From Macrostomum lignano (taxonomy: Eukaryota): DNA of 64,000 nt. Of this stretch, positions 39,669-52,989 are shown piece by piece. A model generated the notes under the pieces. It was not told the DNA's origin. It made no database searches and saw nothing but the letters and a program-made list of their open reading frames with translations. Positions within the stretch are counted from its first letter, which is position 1. The number at the start of each line of letters is the position of its first letter. The position numbers and the translations under genes were made by a program. The stretch is from positions 1 through 64,000 of the forward strand of contig NIVC01000613.1 of NCBI GenBank assembly GCA_002269645.1, in the 5' to 3' direction.

Positions 39669-42145
39669 TCAAGCAGCCTGAGCATCCGTAGACTTGGCCA
39701 GCTTCTCGGCCAGCCAGCGCTTCTCCAAGCCGGCCTCCACCGTGTCCATGAAACCGTCGAACGGGTTCCGGTTTCTGGGTCGGTAGCGCTGCAAGGAACG
39801 TACGGGGGGAGCGGAGTCTTGCGAGTGCGGCACCTGGTTGCCAAGCACAGATAGTTTATCTAAATTGGCATTAGGCAGTGCCGCAAATCACACGGAAGCG
39901 CTCTAGACTAATTTTGGCGCCCATAACTATTTATTGAAATATTTATGGTATTATTTATGGTAATTGGCGCAAGTGGTCCAACTGACGCCTTAACCGTTGA
40001 GCTGCTTTATCTCTAAAGGAAACATTTAAAAATTATCGCCATATTAGACCGGCATCATGTCGGCAGTTTCTTTAAATTTTGCAGTGTACTCACAGTGTAC
40101 TCGCATGAAATATTAGGAAACGGGTTCTGTTGCAGGTGCAGCCTGGGGTCCCATTTCGGCGGCTGTCGCACAGCGGACCACATCGTGCCGGATGCGTCGC
40201 GCATGTTCTTGATCTCGTGCAGCGGGCCGACGACTGTTAGAATGATGTTGTAGTTTGAGGCGTCTAATTATAAAACTGCTGCTGGCACAGTTCGTATGAG
40301 TAAGACAGATTATTTACTAGATGCATGGACTTAGGGTTCTTGTGCTCTTGATAACAAATTAGGCCCCTTTCGATACTCAATATTGGACACATTGACACAA
40401 ACATTACGCACAATCGACACCAAATATTAGACACAATCGACACCAAATATTAGACACAATCGACACCAAATACTAGACACAACTGACACCCAAAATTTGG
40501 GACAATCGACACCAAATATTAGACACAATTGACACTCAAAATTTGGGACAATCGACACCAAATACTAGACACAATTGACACTCAAAATTTGGGACAATCG
40601 ACACCAAATACTAGACACAATTGACACTCAAAATTTGGGACAATCGACACCAAATACTAGACACAATTGACACTCAAAATTAAGCTCAACTGACATCAAG
40701 CATTACGCACAATTGACACCAAAAATTTTTGATGTACAGCCCTTAATTCCTTCAAAGTGCATCACCATTTTAATCCGCTTACTTGTGTCCCTGTTTCTCG
40801 ATAAGAACCGAATATTATTCGGATCCTTTTCAACAGCCGTGGTGAACTCCGGCAGTCCAAGCGACTGGATTGGAGGATACTGTAAATCAAAGGCAGTTTT
40901 ACTTTGAAATATTATGCATTTTCACAGGATGTACAGCAGCCCTGACTTTCTTAACGGCAGGCGTGTACACTCTCTATTACATGCCAGTTGGACAGACAAT
41001 CAGGCACGTTACCGGGCTACGCGTCTGACCCGCAGCAGAGCACCGTTGAACAGGGGGGGGCAATGGGGACACTGCCCCCGGGACGTTTAAGATTATTGCT
41101 TAACGACAATGGGAGAACCATCCAGCGCAGATGTCAAGGGATCATCTGTCCCCCCTCCCCGCCCAGTGAAAATGGTAGGGGTCATGTTGTCTGGGAAAAA
41201 ACTTTAATATATAATAATAAAACCTTGACTTAACTTTTTCTTTAAGAGCCCTTTGGCATCAATAAATGGCATTGAATCAGAATGCTACTATACAATAATA
41301 AAAAAAATAATTGATTACACCTGCCCCAATTGGGACAGATGTGCAACCGACAGCTCAGCCGCAGCTATTGCGCGTCGCATCTGAACGCTGCGCACGGCTG
41401 TTCAGTCGACACACGCACTCTCAATTACCCCAGCTACTGCTGGCACCCATTTTACAGCTGGGTGAACTGAAGCAATGCAGAGTCAAGTGTCTTGCTCAAG
41501 GGCACAAATTGTTCCAGTGAATTGAACCCCCAACCTTCAAGTCGTGAGTCCAGAATGCTAAAATGCTAGAAACAGACGTCTTGCCTGTCTGAAATCGTGC
41601 GGCCCGACCGTCCCGTAGGGCTCTCTGGGCAGGGCGCCCTCCTGCACGAAGCGCTGCTTGGCCGTATTCGGTCGCATCAACCGGAACAGAGTCTGCATCC
41701 GCTGCTTCTGCTGCTGCTGCTGCTTTTTCTGCGCCGCAGTCTGCCCGAGTGCAGGCAGTCGGTCGCCCGGAGCCACGGCAGCGGCGGCCTCGTACCTGGC
41801 GTCGCTTTCCAGACGGTAGCGCCACGGCTGCACAGCGTCCCGGCTGTTCCTCTTGGGCGGTCGCGGCTCCCAGGCCTGCGGCCGGAAGTCCGGCGGCGGC
41901 CGGCGCCAGATGTCATCGTCGGGAACAGGCGGCGGGACGGAGAAGTGCTTGCTTCGGGTTTTCTGCAACTCCTGGCGAGCGTCGAAGTTCACTCGCTCCT
42001 CGAAGCCGAACGGCAGCAGGCGGATGGTGGTCTGGGAGTCGGCCGCGGCTGCCAGGCTGGCAGCCCCCACTGCTGGCTCGGCTAGTGACGGAGCCGGAGT
42101 GTCAGCTGTTTTTGATGAACTCGAATTCTGACCGGCTGACGTCAT
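39669..42145 (-). CDS. Uncharacterised protein, 315 aa; exons 42145-41585, 40879-40783, 40263-40094, 39788-39669; intron 1 is GC-AG
   Basis: The exons join in frame: ...GPHDFRQ|YPPIQSLGLPEFTTAVEKDPNNIRF...|...PPKWDPRLHL..PFPNISCEYT|RYRPRNRNPFDGFMDTVEAGLEKRW. From memory this resembles C7orf78-like proteins (unverified). Confidence 0.8.
40405..40720. repeat. 23-bp alternating minisatellite (CAATCGACACCAAATACTAGACA / CAATTGACACTCAAAATTTGGGA), intronic
   Basis: Two related monomers alternate. Confidence 0.88.
41401..41570 (-). mobile_element. tRNA-derived CORE-type SINE
   Basis: Plus-strand CCCATTTTACAGCTGGGTGAACTGAAGCAATGCAGAGTCAAGTGTCTTGCTCAAGGGCAC resembles the antisense MIR/CORE domain. 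A tRNA-like head with B-box GGGTTCAATTC lies on the minus strand. Confidence 0.7.
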
Positions 42146-43858
42146 GGCTGAGCCTGATTGACAGCTGTTAGAGTGTAAAGATCGGAGAGATTTGACTCCG
42201 CTTTATAAGCTGATATAATGACGGCTAGTTAGAGACAGACAGGGCGCAAACCTGTCTGTGCTTTTAGGTTGCGCTATCTATAATCTATTCTGTTCGCTCC
42301 GAAAGCTGCTCATTGTTAACAGAATGTGGATTCAGCGGCCACAGTGCCAGATTTCACCCAATAGCGGTATTGCTGTTCAATGGCTATCTTCTATAAAATA
42401 GGTAAGCCTGAGAAACTACCCGAGGACTGAATTAATGGTAACTAGCCATGACAGAGGACAACCCCCTCCCCATGCAGTCTTTCAAGGCGAGCTTTTATAT
42501 ATACTTGCACATATACACCCAGCTATTAGCTGCCCAAAATTCAAAAGAAGATGAGACTTTGAGAGCACAGTGACGACGCAAAGTGGCTCTGAGCAGAGGG
42601 GAGTCTGGCTGGCGGGTGCTACTGTTAGCCTAGCGGCTTGAGCAGCGCCTGTTTGGCCGGAAGCGCGGCTGTTGGACTGCCGGGCTTAGGGAGGGGAGAG
42701 ACAGAGAGAGAGAATAAGATGATAAAGCTGAAAAAGTGCATTCCAGTAGACTTGGTTTGCAAGGGACTTGTCTGTCTGTTTTGCTGGCTCCTCTCCTCTC
42801 CGCTTCTCTTTATCTCTTTCTCTCTTCAAATTTTTAATACTTGATGAAGCTCCAGCATCTTTTACTTAAAATACAATCGCCCAAATGAGCTCAGCTCGTG
42901 TATGCGGCAAGATTTAACACTCGTTTAAATTTTGTCCTAAAGAATAATTATACCAGTCCGCTATACACACTACTTAACAGTAGTAGGATTAGAATAGGTC
43001 CTTGAAACTTGAATTTTTTAAGTCTATGGTAAAAACTGTATACAGTATCACCAGCAGCGCTGATCAAAAGAAAAAAGTATCGAAAAAAGTCTTAATTATC
43101 TAGTAACTGAACAAAGGGTGTGCTATTAAATTGTGATATTTTTTTCGTCAAAGGTAGTAAGCACAGGTGCAAGCACTGGTGCAATCCCAACTTGTGGAAC
43201 CATTTGTAACACCTTAAATGCAGCGGTTGTAGAGCAAGGTTTGAGGCAGCTGCTTTGTACCTGCATCACTTCACGGCTTTTCCTAATTCTTGGCACCTGT
43301 ACTTTCTCGGCTGAGCCATGGGTGTGAAGCATGTAAATCGTCTCTAAGCCGGGAGCAGTGAGCCCTTGCATGGTTCCAATGTGCTTTACTTTTAACGATT
43401 CGATGCTGCAGTCACTCAACACTGAGGCTACCCTCAACTTTTTAATCAGCCCTCCAAACTAAAGAAAATATGTTTCAACTTTGACCTTCCAAAGAGTTCT
43501 CGGTGCACTCTAATTTCATTAATTATACTTTTTATGCATAAGTAACAACATGATGGCAAGAGTTCATGACAGATAGGCAAAATTGCTGTGTATTTTCATT
43601 CTGACAGTTTTTATAATGAATGCCTTACTTCAATATTAATACTAATGATTTAATAGTTAAAGAGTGTGGCACTTTATGAACTAGTCCAATAGAAATTTTG
43701 CAAACCTATTCGAACGGTTTCTGTGTACAGCAAGTCTGCGACAAGAGTGCAAATTTGGTTAACAGATTAGATCAAATGTACAGGCAGAGAATGTGTGGGC
43801 TGTCACAGAGCTGTCTCAAATCAGTCAATGGGCAATTCCTTCGCTGATGGATTCATTG

Positions 43859-46800
43859 CTAAACATAGCTGGCCTTTGGCACGCTGTACACTCTGCCGTG
43901 GTGATTCAGGGTCCGGCCTGCCGTCCCCGGCTGAAGCTCCAGGTCGTAGTAGGCGGCTGCGCCATCGGCCGCGGCTGTTCCCGGTTTGGCGCCGGCAAGT
44001 CGAGACGGCGACGCCAGGAGTGTCGGCTCGTAGCCGTCGCCTCCCGAGCGACTCCGGCGCATTGTGGCACCGCCGTTGTTCGCTGCTGGTGGAGGGTTGG
44101 TGGAGATGGGGTTGGTGGAGATGGGGTTGGTGGAGATGGCGTTGGTGGAGATGGGGTTGGTGGAGATGGCGTTGGTGGAGATGGCGTTGGTGGAGATGGG
44201 GTTGATGGAGATGGGGATGGTGGAGATAGGGTTGGTGAAGATGGGATTGGTGAAGATGGGGTTGGTGGAGATGGGGTTGGTGGAGATGGGGTTGGTGGAG
44301 ATGGGGTTGGTGGAGATGGGGTTGGTGGAGATTGGAGATGGGGTTGGTGGAGATGGTGTTGGTGGAGATGGGTTGGTGGAGATGGGTTGGTAGAGATGGC
44401 GTTGGTGGAGATGGGGTTGGTAGAGAGGGGATTGGTGGAGATGGGGTTGGTAGAGAGGGGATTGGTGGAGATGGGGTTGGTAGAGAGGGGATTGGTGGAG
44501 ATGGGGTTGGTAGAGAGGGGATTGGTGGAGATGGGGTTGGTTTGTGAGTCTTACACATCCAGGATTCGGGACTTAAAGAGCATTAGAAAGGAGTTGGCAA
44601 ATAACTTACCTCTTTCATGACCGCGAATTCCCGCCCCCCTCTGACAAGTGGCATAGTCCTCAAAATTGAGCGCTGTTTCTGGCGTCTGACTGAGAGATGA
44701 CAAGATCGATGGATAGAACTGCAACGGAACCGGATGAATTTCAGGAGTGAAGAATTTCTCCTGCCAAACTTTCAGTTCAGCAGAAAGTTAAATAGATGTA
44801 TTTTAATACAATATAGAACAGGACTCGTTTTTTGGCCTTCTTATCCTCCTACCCACCCGAACCCCTCCGCAAAAAATCTCTACCCCCGCTCCGCCCAATT
44901 TTTATTGCCTTTCTCGGTGTTCCAGCTCAAACTTACCATGTAGGTTCGTTTATTGGTTTGTTTATTGGCCCTCTCACTCAGCCGAACCCCTCCGCAGAAA
45001 ATCTCTACCCCCGCCCCGCCCAAATTTTATTGCCTTCCTCGGAGTTACAGCTTAAAGCTACCATGTAGGTTCGTTTATTGGTTTGTTTATTGGCCCTCTC
45101 ACCCAGCCGAACCCCTCCGCAGAAAATCTCTACCCCCGCCCCGCCCAAATTTTATTGCCTTCCTCGGAGTTACAGCTTAAAGCTACCATGTAGGTTCGTT
45201 TATTGGTTTGTTTATTGGCCCTCTCACCCAGCCGAACCCCTCCGCAGAAAATCTCTACCCCCGCCCCGCCCAAATTTTATTGCCTTCCTCGGAGTTATAG
45301 CTTAAAGCTACCATGTAGGTTCGTTTATTGGTTTGTTTATTGGCCCTTTCACCCAGCCGAACCCCTCCGCAGAAAATCTCTACCCCCGCCCCGCCCAAAT
45401 TTTATTGCCTTCCCCTGTAGTTCCAGCCTTAAGCCGCCTGACATGCACATCTTCAGTGGCGCTGGATCCGTAATGTACATTACGGATGAACCTATAGCGA
45501 GTTTAGTACAAGTTTTTTACGTTCCTCGCTACTGGACTGTAAGTAGAGAATCAGCTATATAAACCAAATATGCCAGATTCGTCCATTGAGTTAGTCTTAT
45601 CTGTGATCATAGCCGAGTACAGATACTCGTAGGGTTAAAATGGAGTAAAGATTAGATCACAACCGTATACGCTCGTACTTACCGAGAGTCATTAAACTGT
45701 ACATAATAGTGTACATATTGAGTCATGGTAGTGTTCTGTTTGGTCATGATAGTGTACTTATCGGCTCATAGACAATTTACGGATTGTATCAAAATCGCTT
45801 CCACTGAAGCTCCTGAGGATTTAAACAAACTGGCTAATTACTCCCATGCCAAATCCCGCCAGTACCTTATCCCTCTCGGCCTCCGCTCCAGGCGGCCCAG
45901 GCAGGAAGGCCCTCGCTGCGCCGCCGGCACCGACGTCCTGCCTGCGCTGACCACCGACCGACTTCCAATTATCGACGCCTCGGCCGCTGCCGACGCCGCC
46001 GCCAAGGTTGTTCAAACTAGCATTGCCGCCAACGAAAATACTTCGGCCGGTTGACGGTGGCGCGGTCACGTGACCGACCTCTGGACTGTCCTCGGCGATG
46101 AACAGCAGGCCGCGCCGGTGGCACATGTACACAGTCAGCACTAGCAGGAGCAGCACCAAGGCGCAGGCCACCGCAACCACAGCCACAATCAATCCGCCAG
46201 CTCTGGAGAACACGGACATTGACGTCGTTGAGCCACCGCCGCGTCTTGACGATTTCGACAAATCTTCGCCGTCGCCGCTTACGTCGCGTCCAACGCCGCC
46301 GTAGGGTCTTCGTCCTTCGCCGGAGAAATCCAGCTGGTGCTGCTGAGGCTGCTGGTCATCTCGATGATGCAGGCGTGGCTTCGACCGGTCGATGAGCAAC
46401 TGGATCTCCGTGTCCGTGTGGAGAGGCTGGTCGCCACTGTCGGACACGCGAACTCGCAGGCGGTGCAGCTGGCCAACCTCCGATTCGGCGATGTTGCGAG
46501 TTGTCTGGGCGGAGACAGATGGCATGAATGGCAATCTGCTGATTTAGAAGCTAATGAGTCAGCTCATTAGCAAATTTGTTGCCTCAGAAGCAAATATGTA
46601 GACTTAGAAGCAAATAATGTTGGCTTAGAAGCTAATATCTAGGTCTACCCGAACAGCAATCCGACGCCGGCGACGTCTGACCGACGTTCCCAACGTCTAT
46701 CGAAGTCTTATTTTTCATGGCGCTGATGTAATGTAAAAGCCATTGACGTCGATAGACGTCGGGAACGTCGGCCAATCCGATGTTCATTGGCACCAATCCG

Positions 46801-49800
46801 ACGTCGATGTCGATGAAAGTTATTTACTTTTACATTACACCGACATTCAGTCGATGTATGAAGTTGTTATCCGTTGATGTAATGTAAAAAGCACATATTT
46901 GTCATGGACGTCGATTGACGTCGGGAACATCGGCGAAACGTCACCGACGTCGGATTTCTGCCAATCAACGTTGGATTGGCCGACGTTCCCGACGTCTATC
47001 GACGTCAATGGCTTATACATTACATCAACGCCATGACAAGTATGACTTCGATAGACATCGAGAACGTCGGGAACGTCGGGAACGTCGGGAACGTCGGCCA
47101 GATGTCGCCGGCGTCGGATTGCTGTAGGGTTAGAAGCAAATTTGTTTGGTTCAGAAGCTAATTAGTTGACTGAGAAGCTAATATTTTGGCTCGGCATCAG
47201 AGAAGCTATAGAAGTTTCGGCAGTGAGAGAACTTCATCACGGTTTTATCAGCGCAAGAGGAGAGGTGAGCAGGAATCCGAGATCTTGCTTAATGGGCAGA
47301 GGATTAGAGCTTAAAGCTTGACCATTCTTCATCCATTATTTCGCGTAAAATGGCCATTTTGGTAATCCAAATGCTTTGCTAACAGCGGATTAAAACTTGG
47401 GTCATTAAGACGCTGAGATTATGGGGGATTTTCGAGGAAGCTTTCTTTAATAAGTTTGTTCAGAGAAATTTAAATCTCCTTCATTTAAAAGTTTCATCAG
47501 ACATTGTCAGGTAGCTATAATCAAGCGTATAATTCCTGTAGTTATCATGAGGCGAAAAATTGAAAAACTTTGGAGTCTTTCTATATCCGGGTCTTTGTAC
47601 ATGAACATCCGGGTTGTTGTTCTACTTCCTTGGTCTTGAAACATCCTGGTTTTTTCTACATTTGGGTATTTGTACGTCCGGGTTGATGATTTAAAAGTAT
47701 CTCATGGTCTTTCTACATCGTTTTCTTTCTTTCTACATCCTGGTCTTTCTACATCCTGATCTTGCTACATCCTGGTCTTTTTAGATCCTGGTCTTTTACA
47801 TCCTGGTCTTTCTACATCCTGGTCTTTCTACATCCTGGTCTTTCTACATCCTGGTCTTTCTACATCCTGGTCTTTCTACATCCTGGTCTTTCTACATCCT
47901 GGTCTTTCTACATCCTGGTCTTTCCACATCCTGGTCTTTCTACATCCTGGTCTTTTTACATCCTGATCTTGCTTCATCCTATCCTACATCCTAGGTCTTT
48001 TTACCTTCGCGTCCTTCTACATTCGGGTCTTTCTTCTAACATTCCATTATATCCGGGTCGCAGTACACTTATTTTTTGTCTTTGACCTCTAAGTATATTT
48101 TTAAAACCATTGTTTTTTTCTTTAGCCATTCTCGACCGGCACTTTCTGGTGAAAGTACAGTAGTTGTCCAGCCCTTGGAATTTAACCAATAATTTAGTGC
48201 AAATTTCGTCTGCAGTCGAAAAAACAGTTGAAGCAAAAACTCTGTGCTCTGCCTGCTATGATTGACTAAAAGTTTTGTCAGGGAAGTCCCTCGAGACACG
48301 CCCCAAGGCGGGTTCCACTAGAAGAAACCTCATTTTCCAAGGTTTCTGTCAAGCTAAAGAAGCTTTAGATTTCAACTTGACAAAGAAAGGGTCTGTGCTC
48401 TGCTGTGCGTGCGAAGGTGAGAGAGAGAGGGCCTGTAAGTTTTCAGTTTTATTAAGCTGACGGCCTTGCGAAATTGTGGGTTTTAGGAGAAAAAAATGCT
48501 GTGCATTTCTTTGCTTTTAGCCGAGTGAAGTACTGCGATTGACAGCCGAGAAAGAGGGTAAATTAGTCGCGGGAAATCTTTCAATTAAAATTGGGAGTGC
48601 GATCAGGGGCCATGGAGTGACTTTGGGTGTTTAGGAGACGGCATGAGGTGTTTAGGGGACGACATGAGGTGTTTAGGAGGCGGCATGAGGTGTTTAGGGG
48701 ACGACATGAGGTGTTTAGGGGACATGAGGTATTTAGACGACATGAGGTGTTTAGGGGACGACATGAGGTGTTTAGGGGACGACATGAGGTGTTTAGGGGA
48801 CGACATGAGGTGTTTAGGGGACGACATGAGGTGTTTAGGGGACGACATCATGTGATTAGGGGACGACATCAGGTGTTTAGGGGACGACATCAGGTGTTTA
48901 GAGAACGACATCAGGTGTTTAGGGGACGACATGAGGTGTTTAGGGGACGACATCATGTGATTAGGGGACGACATCAGGTGTTTAGGGGACGACATGAGGT
49001 GTTTAGGGGACGACATCAGGTGATTAGGGGACGACATCAGGTGTTTAGGGGACGACATCAGGTGTTTAGAGAACGACATCAGGTGTTTAGGGGACGACAT
49101 CAGGTGTTTAGGGGACGACATGGGGTGTTTAGGAGGCGACGTGAGGTGTTTAGGGGACGATTTAAGAGATTTGGAAATGATATGAGACGACACGAAGTGT
49201 TTAGGCGCCATGAGACAGATGCATTGTACACTAGGAGCGCTATCGGGAAGCAAAGGGCGACCATGGGCTGTTTTTGGGGGCTGCCAACGGCGCGTCGTGC
49301 GCTGTGGAGGCGTCTTAAGATACACCCTAAGACGCATGTGCAGCGTTATAAATTTCCGCTCACAATGATTCGGCCGTCAGCCACGGTGACGTCAAACAGC
49401 GGCCTGCCCGGATTTCCCGCTGTCGACAGCAGGTGGAATCTCAGCAGCCCGTTCTGCCCTTCGTCGGCGTCCTTGGCTCGAATCTGCAGCACCGTCTGGC
49501 CGGCTCGTTCTTGATAAGAGACGCCAAACGACGCGCTATCGTTGCTATGGCCGGTTGCTAGGGACGCGGAGGGAAACTGTACCGCCGGGGCGCAGTCGTT
49601 GACATCGATTAGATCGACGCGGACGTCGGCTGTGGCGGTGTGCTTCACCGAGGGACCGCGGCTGCTGCCCGAGTGCGAAGCCGGGAAGGCGCGATCGACC
49701 GCAAGGACTCGCAGCTCGTAGACCGCCTGGCGCTCGCGATCCAGCCGTGTCCGAGTGGTTAGGCGGCCGCTGTACAAGTCCACGCTGAAGGAGTGCGCGT

Positions 49801-51867
49801 CGCGACTTGGCTGCAGTCTGTACCTGATGCCGCCCGTGTCCGGAAAGTCGTCCGCGTCGACAGCTCGGACGCTTCCGAAGCCGGTGCCGGGAATGGCGTT
49901 CTCGGGCACACGGAACTGGTAGTAGGTCACGGGGACACCTGTAAGGGGGTTGACCTGAAAAGTTTTCAGGGGATTTTGGGTTAGTTTTTTGTACCGCATC
50001 TGTAAGGGAGAGGTGGAGACGAAAGAGCGAGAGGATAGAGGAAGAGAGTAAAAGAAATGTTGCATTAATTATTCGGGACACTATATAATTAACTCACAAA
50101 CTTCGGCAACTCGTCGTTCATGTTGAGAATGGTGACATTAACCGTGGTGAAATTGTGAAGGCCGCCCTGGTCCTCGGCTTTGACCGTGATTAAATAGTTC
50201 TGTCGGGCCTCTCTGTCGAAGCTGACCAGAGACTTGATCTCTCCCGTTAACGCGTCGATGCCGAAATGAATTTGCGACTGTTTATCGATGCTGTAAGTCA
50301 CTCGGTTGTGCGGCTCGGAGTCTTTGTCTATGGCCCTAACCTGGTAACGCGTTGGATTGGAGCATTTGATATTTTACATGGTTGGCAGGTTGGAAGCAAC
50401 CTGTCCAACGCTACCTTCCATGCGATTCTCTCCCATGCCAACGCCGCCTTCGGGCCCAGAGTTTGTACGATGCCCGACTATAAGAAGTCAGGGCTGGTGT
50501 GCATGTGTGTGGTGTGCTCCGGGTTGCCATGCTGCCGTTTCCCTCTCCCGCCCTACGTAAGGCCCTGCAGGGACCATTGGAAACCATTACCGTCGTTCAC
50601 CTACTTTGGGTCAAACCCGGATCTCCGAAGTTTTCAGGCCTGAAGTATCTCTGACACCACGTCCGCTACCTAAAGGCCACCATCCACCTACTGGACTCTC
50701 CGGAGGGGGACCGTAACCACCCAATCTCTTTTGCGCGACACCGCAGCACCAGCTGCCCGTGGTCGACAAGGGTTGGTGGATTCAGCTGCGACGCCTCCCC
50801 GATGCATGAAATGGAAAAACAGCATCTGGACTGGAACGTCTTTCCCTGCACCAACCTTAGCAACCCGAGCACCCGGATGCAGATTCTCCGGCAGGGCAGC
50901 TGAGTAGCCTTCGGGCGGCACCCTTTCAAACTGGGGCGCCTCGTCGTTGATGTCCAGCACCGGAATGTCCAGTCTGCGGCAAGTCTGCAACCGCCTCGGC
51001 GTCCCGTTGTCATGGCAACAGAGTCGCAGACGCTCAACAGGCTGGCTCTCCCTGTCCAGACTGTCGTTGACTTGCAGCTTGTACACCTCAGCGCCGCCGT
51101 CAACCAGACGGAATCGAATCGCGGATGACGACGACAAGCTAGACGGGTCCTGCGCCGTCAGGCTACAGGTGACTCGCCCGGCCTCGCCGGAGTCCGCATC
51201 GCTTGCCGTCACAATGGCCACCACAACGCCCTTCGAGTCGGGGCCTTCTATGATGCCGACACCGTGGCCAGCGTCGGACGATGCCGACGGCATAAAATCG
51301 ACAGAGACCCTAGGCTCGTTGTCGTTGACGTCGAGCACATCGACGAGGACTCGAGCGTCCTCGGCGGGCAGCGCTGGCGAGCCGCAATCGGTGACAGCGA
51401 CGGCGAAGGCGAATCTGCGTCGACGCTCGAAGTCAAGGCCGGCCGAGCCGACGCTCAGCCAGCCGCTGTCGGCGTCGACGTTGAAAGCGGCGAGGGTCTC
51501 GACGTCAGCCCCGGCCGAGCTGATGCCGAAGCGCAGTCGCGCGTTCTCCCCGGAGTCGCCGTCGTGAGCTGTCAGCTGGAGCAGCCGCTGACCCGGCGGG
51601 GCGTCCTCCGAGACGTTGACAGAGTAGGTCGCGGGTTCGAACACTGGCCGATGATCGTTGACGTCGAGCACGACGACGGTGACGCTGAGGGTGCCGGTGT
51701 TGGCCAGTGGGGTGCCGCTGTCCACGGCCAGGAGCAGCAGGTCGTAGCCGGCCACGGACTCGCGGTCCAGCGGCGCCGTTTGGGTGAGGCGGGGAGGCGG
51801 CAGCTGGCCGGGGCCGCGGCGCGGTTGCTGCAATTCGAATGGCGCCTTGTTCGATCGCAGCTCGTAC
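43859..51867 (-). CDS. Protocadherin, delta1-type, 5'-partial; exons 51867-50856, 50340-50098, 49954-49364, 46504-45866, 44718-44610, 44085-43859
   Basis: Repeated LDRE/LDFE, DxNDxxP and AxDxD motifs. The last EC has delta1-like GQLHRLRVRVSDSG, followed by a TM (LIVAVVAVACALVLLLLVLTVYMC) and a cytoplasmic tail ending RVYSVPKASYV*. Phases are consistent. The signal peptide and EC1 exons are not in the window. Confidence 0.9.
44097..44542. repeat. 15-bp minisatellite (GGTGGAGATGGGGTT), last protocadherin intron
   Basis: Tandem copies. Confidence 0.93.
44850..45415. repeat. 125-bp tandem repeat (~4.5 copies), intronic
   Basis: Identical ORF starts recur at 44953, 45078 and 45203. Confidence 0.93.
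46647..47130. mobile_element. MITE (484 bp) with long TIRs ACCC..ACAGCAATCCGACGCCGGCGAC, inserted in a degenerate TTAGAAGC(A/T)AAT minisatellite
   Basis: About 45-bp inverted termini and internal GACGTC palindromes. No clean TSD. Confidence 0.75.
47740..47995. repeat. 16-bp minisatellite (CTACATCCTGGTCTTT), intronic
   Basis: Tandem copies. Confidence 0.9.
48620..49165. repeat. 21-bp minisatellite (GAGGTGTTTAGGGGACGACAT), intronic
   Basis: Tandem copies. Confidence 0.93.
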
Positions 51868-52074
51868 CTGCGGTGCGGGGTGGAGATGCGAGCCGATGGA
51901 AGAATGCCGCCTCCCCAAATACCTGGCCAGCACAAATATCCCAATAAAGGTACCCCGGTCGAAGATAATTTATCTGATTCAGAATATTCGATAAAAGATG
52001 TCTATAAAAATACCCGATCAAAGATTCCCGATCAAGAGGTACCTACTTGAACAAGAATACACCCATAAAAAAGA

Positions 52075-52455
52075 CACCCCAATCAAAGATACCCTGATCA
52101 AAAGATACCCTGATCAAAAGATACCCCGATCAAATGATACCCTGATCAAAAGATACCCTGATCAAAGATACCCCGTTCAAAAGATACCCTGATCAAAGCT
52201 ACCCCGTTCAAAAGATACCCTGATCAAAGATAACCTGTTCAAAAGATACCCTGATCAAAGCTAACCTGTTCAAAAGATACCCTGATCAAAAGATACCCTG
52301 ATCAAAAGATACCCCGATCAAATGATACCCTGATCAAAAGATACCCTGATCAAAGATACCCCGTTCAAAAGATACCCTGATCAAAGCTACCCCGCTCAAA
52401 AGATACCCTGATCAAAGATACCCCCTTCAAAAGACACCACGATCAAAGATACCCC
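52075..52455. repeat. ~16-bp minisatellite (GATCAAAAGATACCCT)
   Basis: Tandem copies. Confidence 0.9.
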
Positions 52456-52989
52456 AATAAAATTTCCCGGTGGATGCATATAAAAGGCTCTTAAGCAAAA
52501 GCTCTTTGAATTATGAACTGGCCTTTAATTGAATCGGAGCTCTCGAAAAAATGACGAATGACCCATTGATTGCGAGAGAAGGCGACGGAGAAGAAGAGGA
52601 TTGAATAGACGGGATTCTAATCCCTTTAAATCCCCATTTTGTCCTGAGGGTTTGGGGCTGGTGTTGCCTTTCAGATTGAATGGCAGCCATAAAAAGGACG
52701 ATTTTCTGCTCAGGCAAAATTTTCGAGGGGGATTAATTATTAATTAGCAGCAGAAGCCCATTGCCCGCCGCCGTCTGAAGATTTAAGAATCTGAGGCAGA
52801 AGGAAATCCTTCATAGTCAGCACTGTCGTCATCCATGCAGACTGGAGCTTGCTAGTGTAAATTTCTAAAATAGAAGAAGATTGCAGGTTTAAATTGTTCT
52901 TTTCCGCCCCTTATCTATCTCGAATCTATCTCGTCCCGCCCCCGCACCATCATCACCTCAAATTTAATTAACTCATTCCACCCGACGCA

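Noticed and set aside
43126-43437. 103-aa minus-strand ORF downstream of the protocadherin stop
   Set aside because: No homology or splice support; it likely lies in 3'UTR or intergenic DNA.
44850-45415. SL RNA or snRNA gene array
   Set aside because: The unit size is suggestive, but there is no flatworm-type leader ending ATG|GT and no convincing Sm site.
50345-50720. GC-balanced intronic block, possible SINE or LINE fragment
   Set aside because: Only weak Pol III-like motifs and no diagnostic protein motif, so it cannot be classified.
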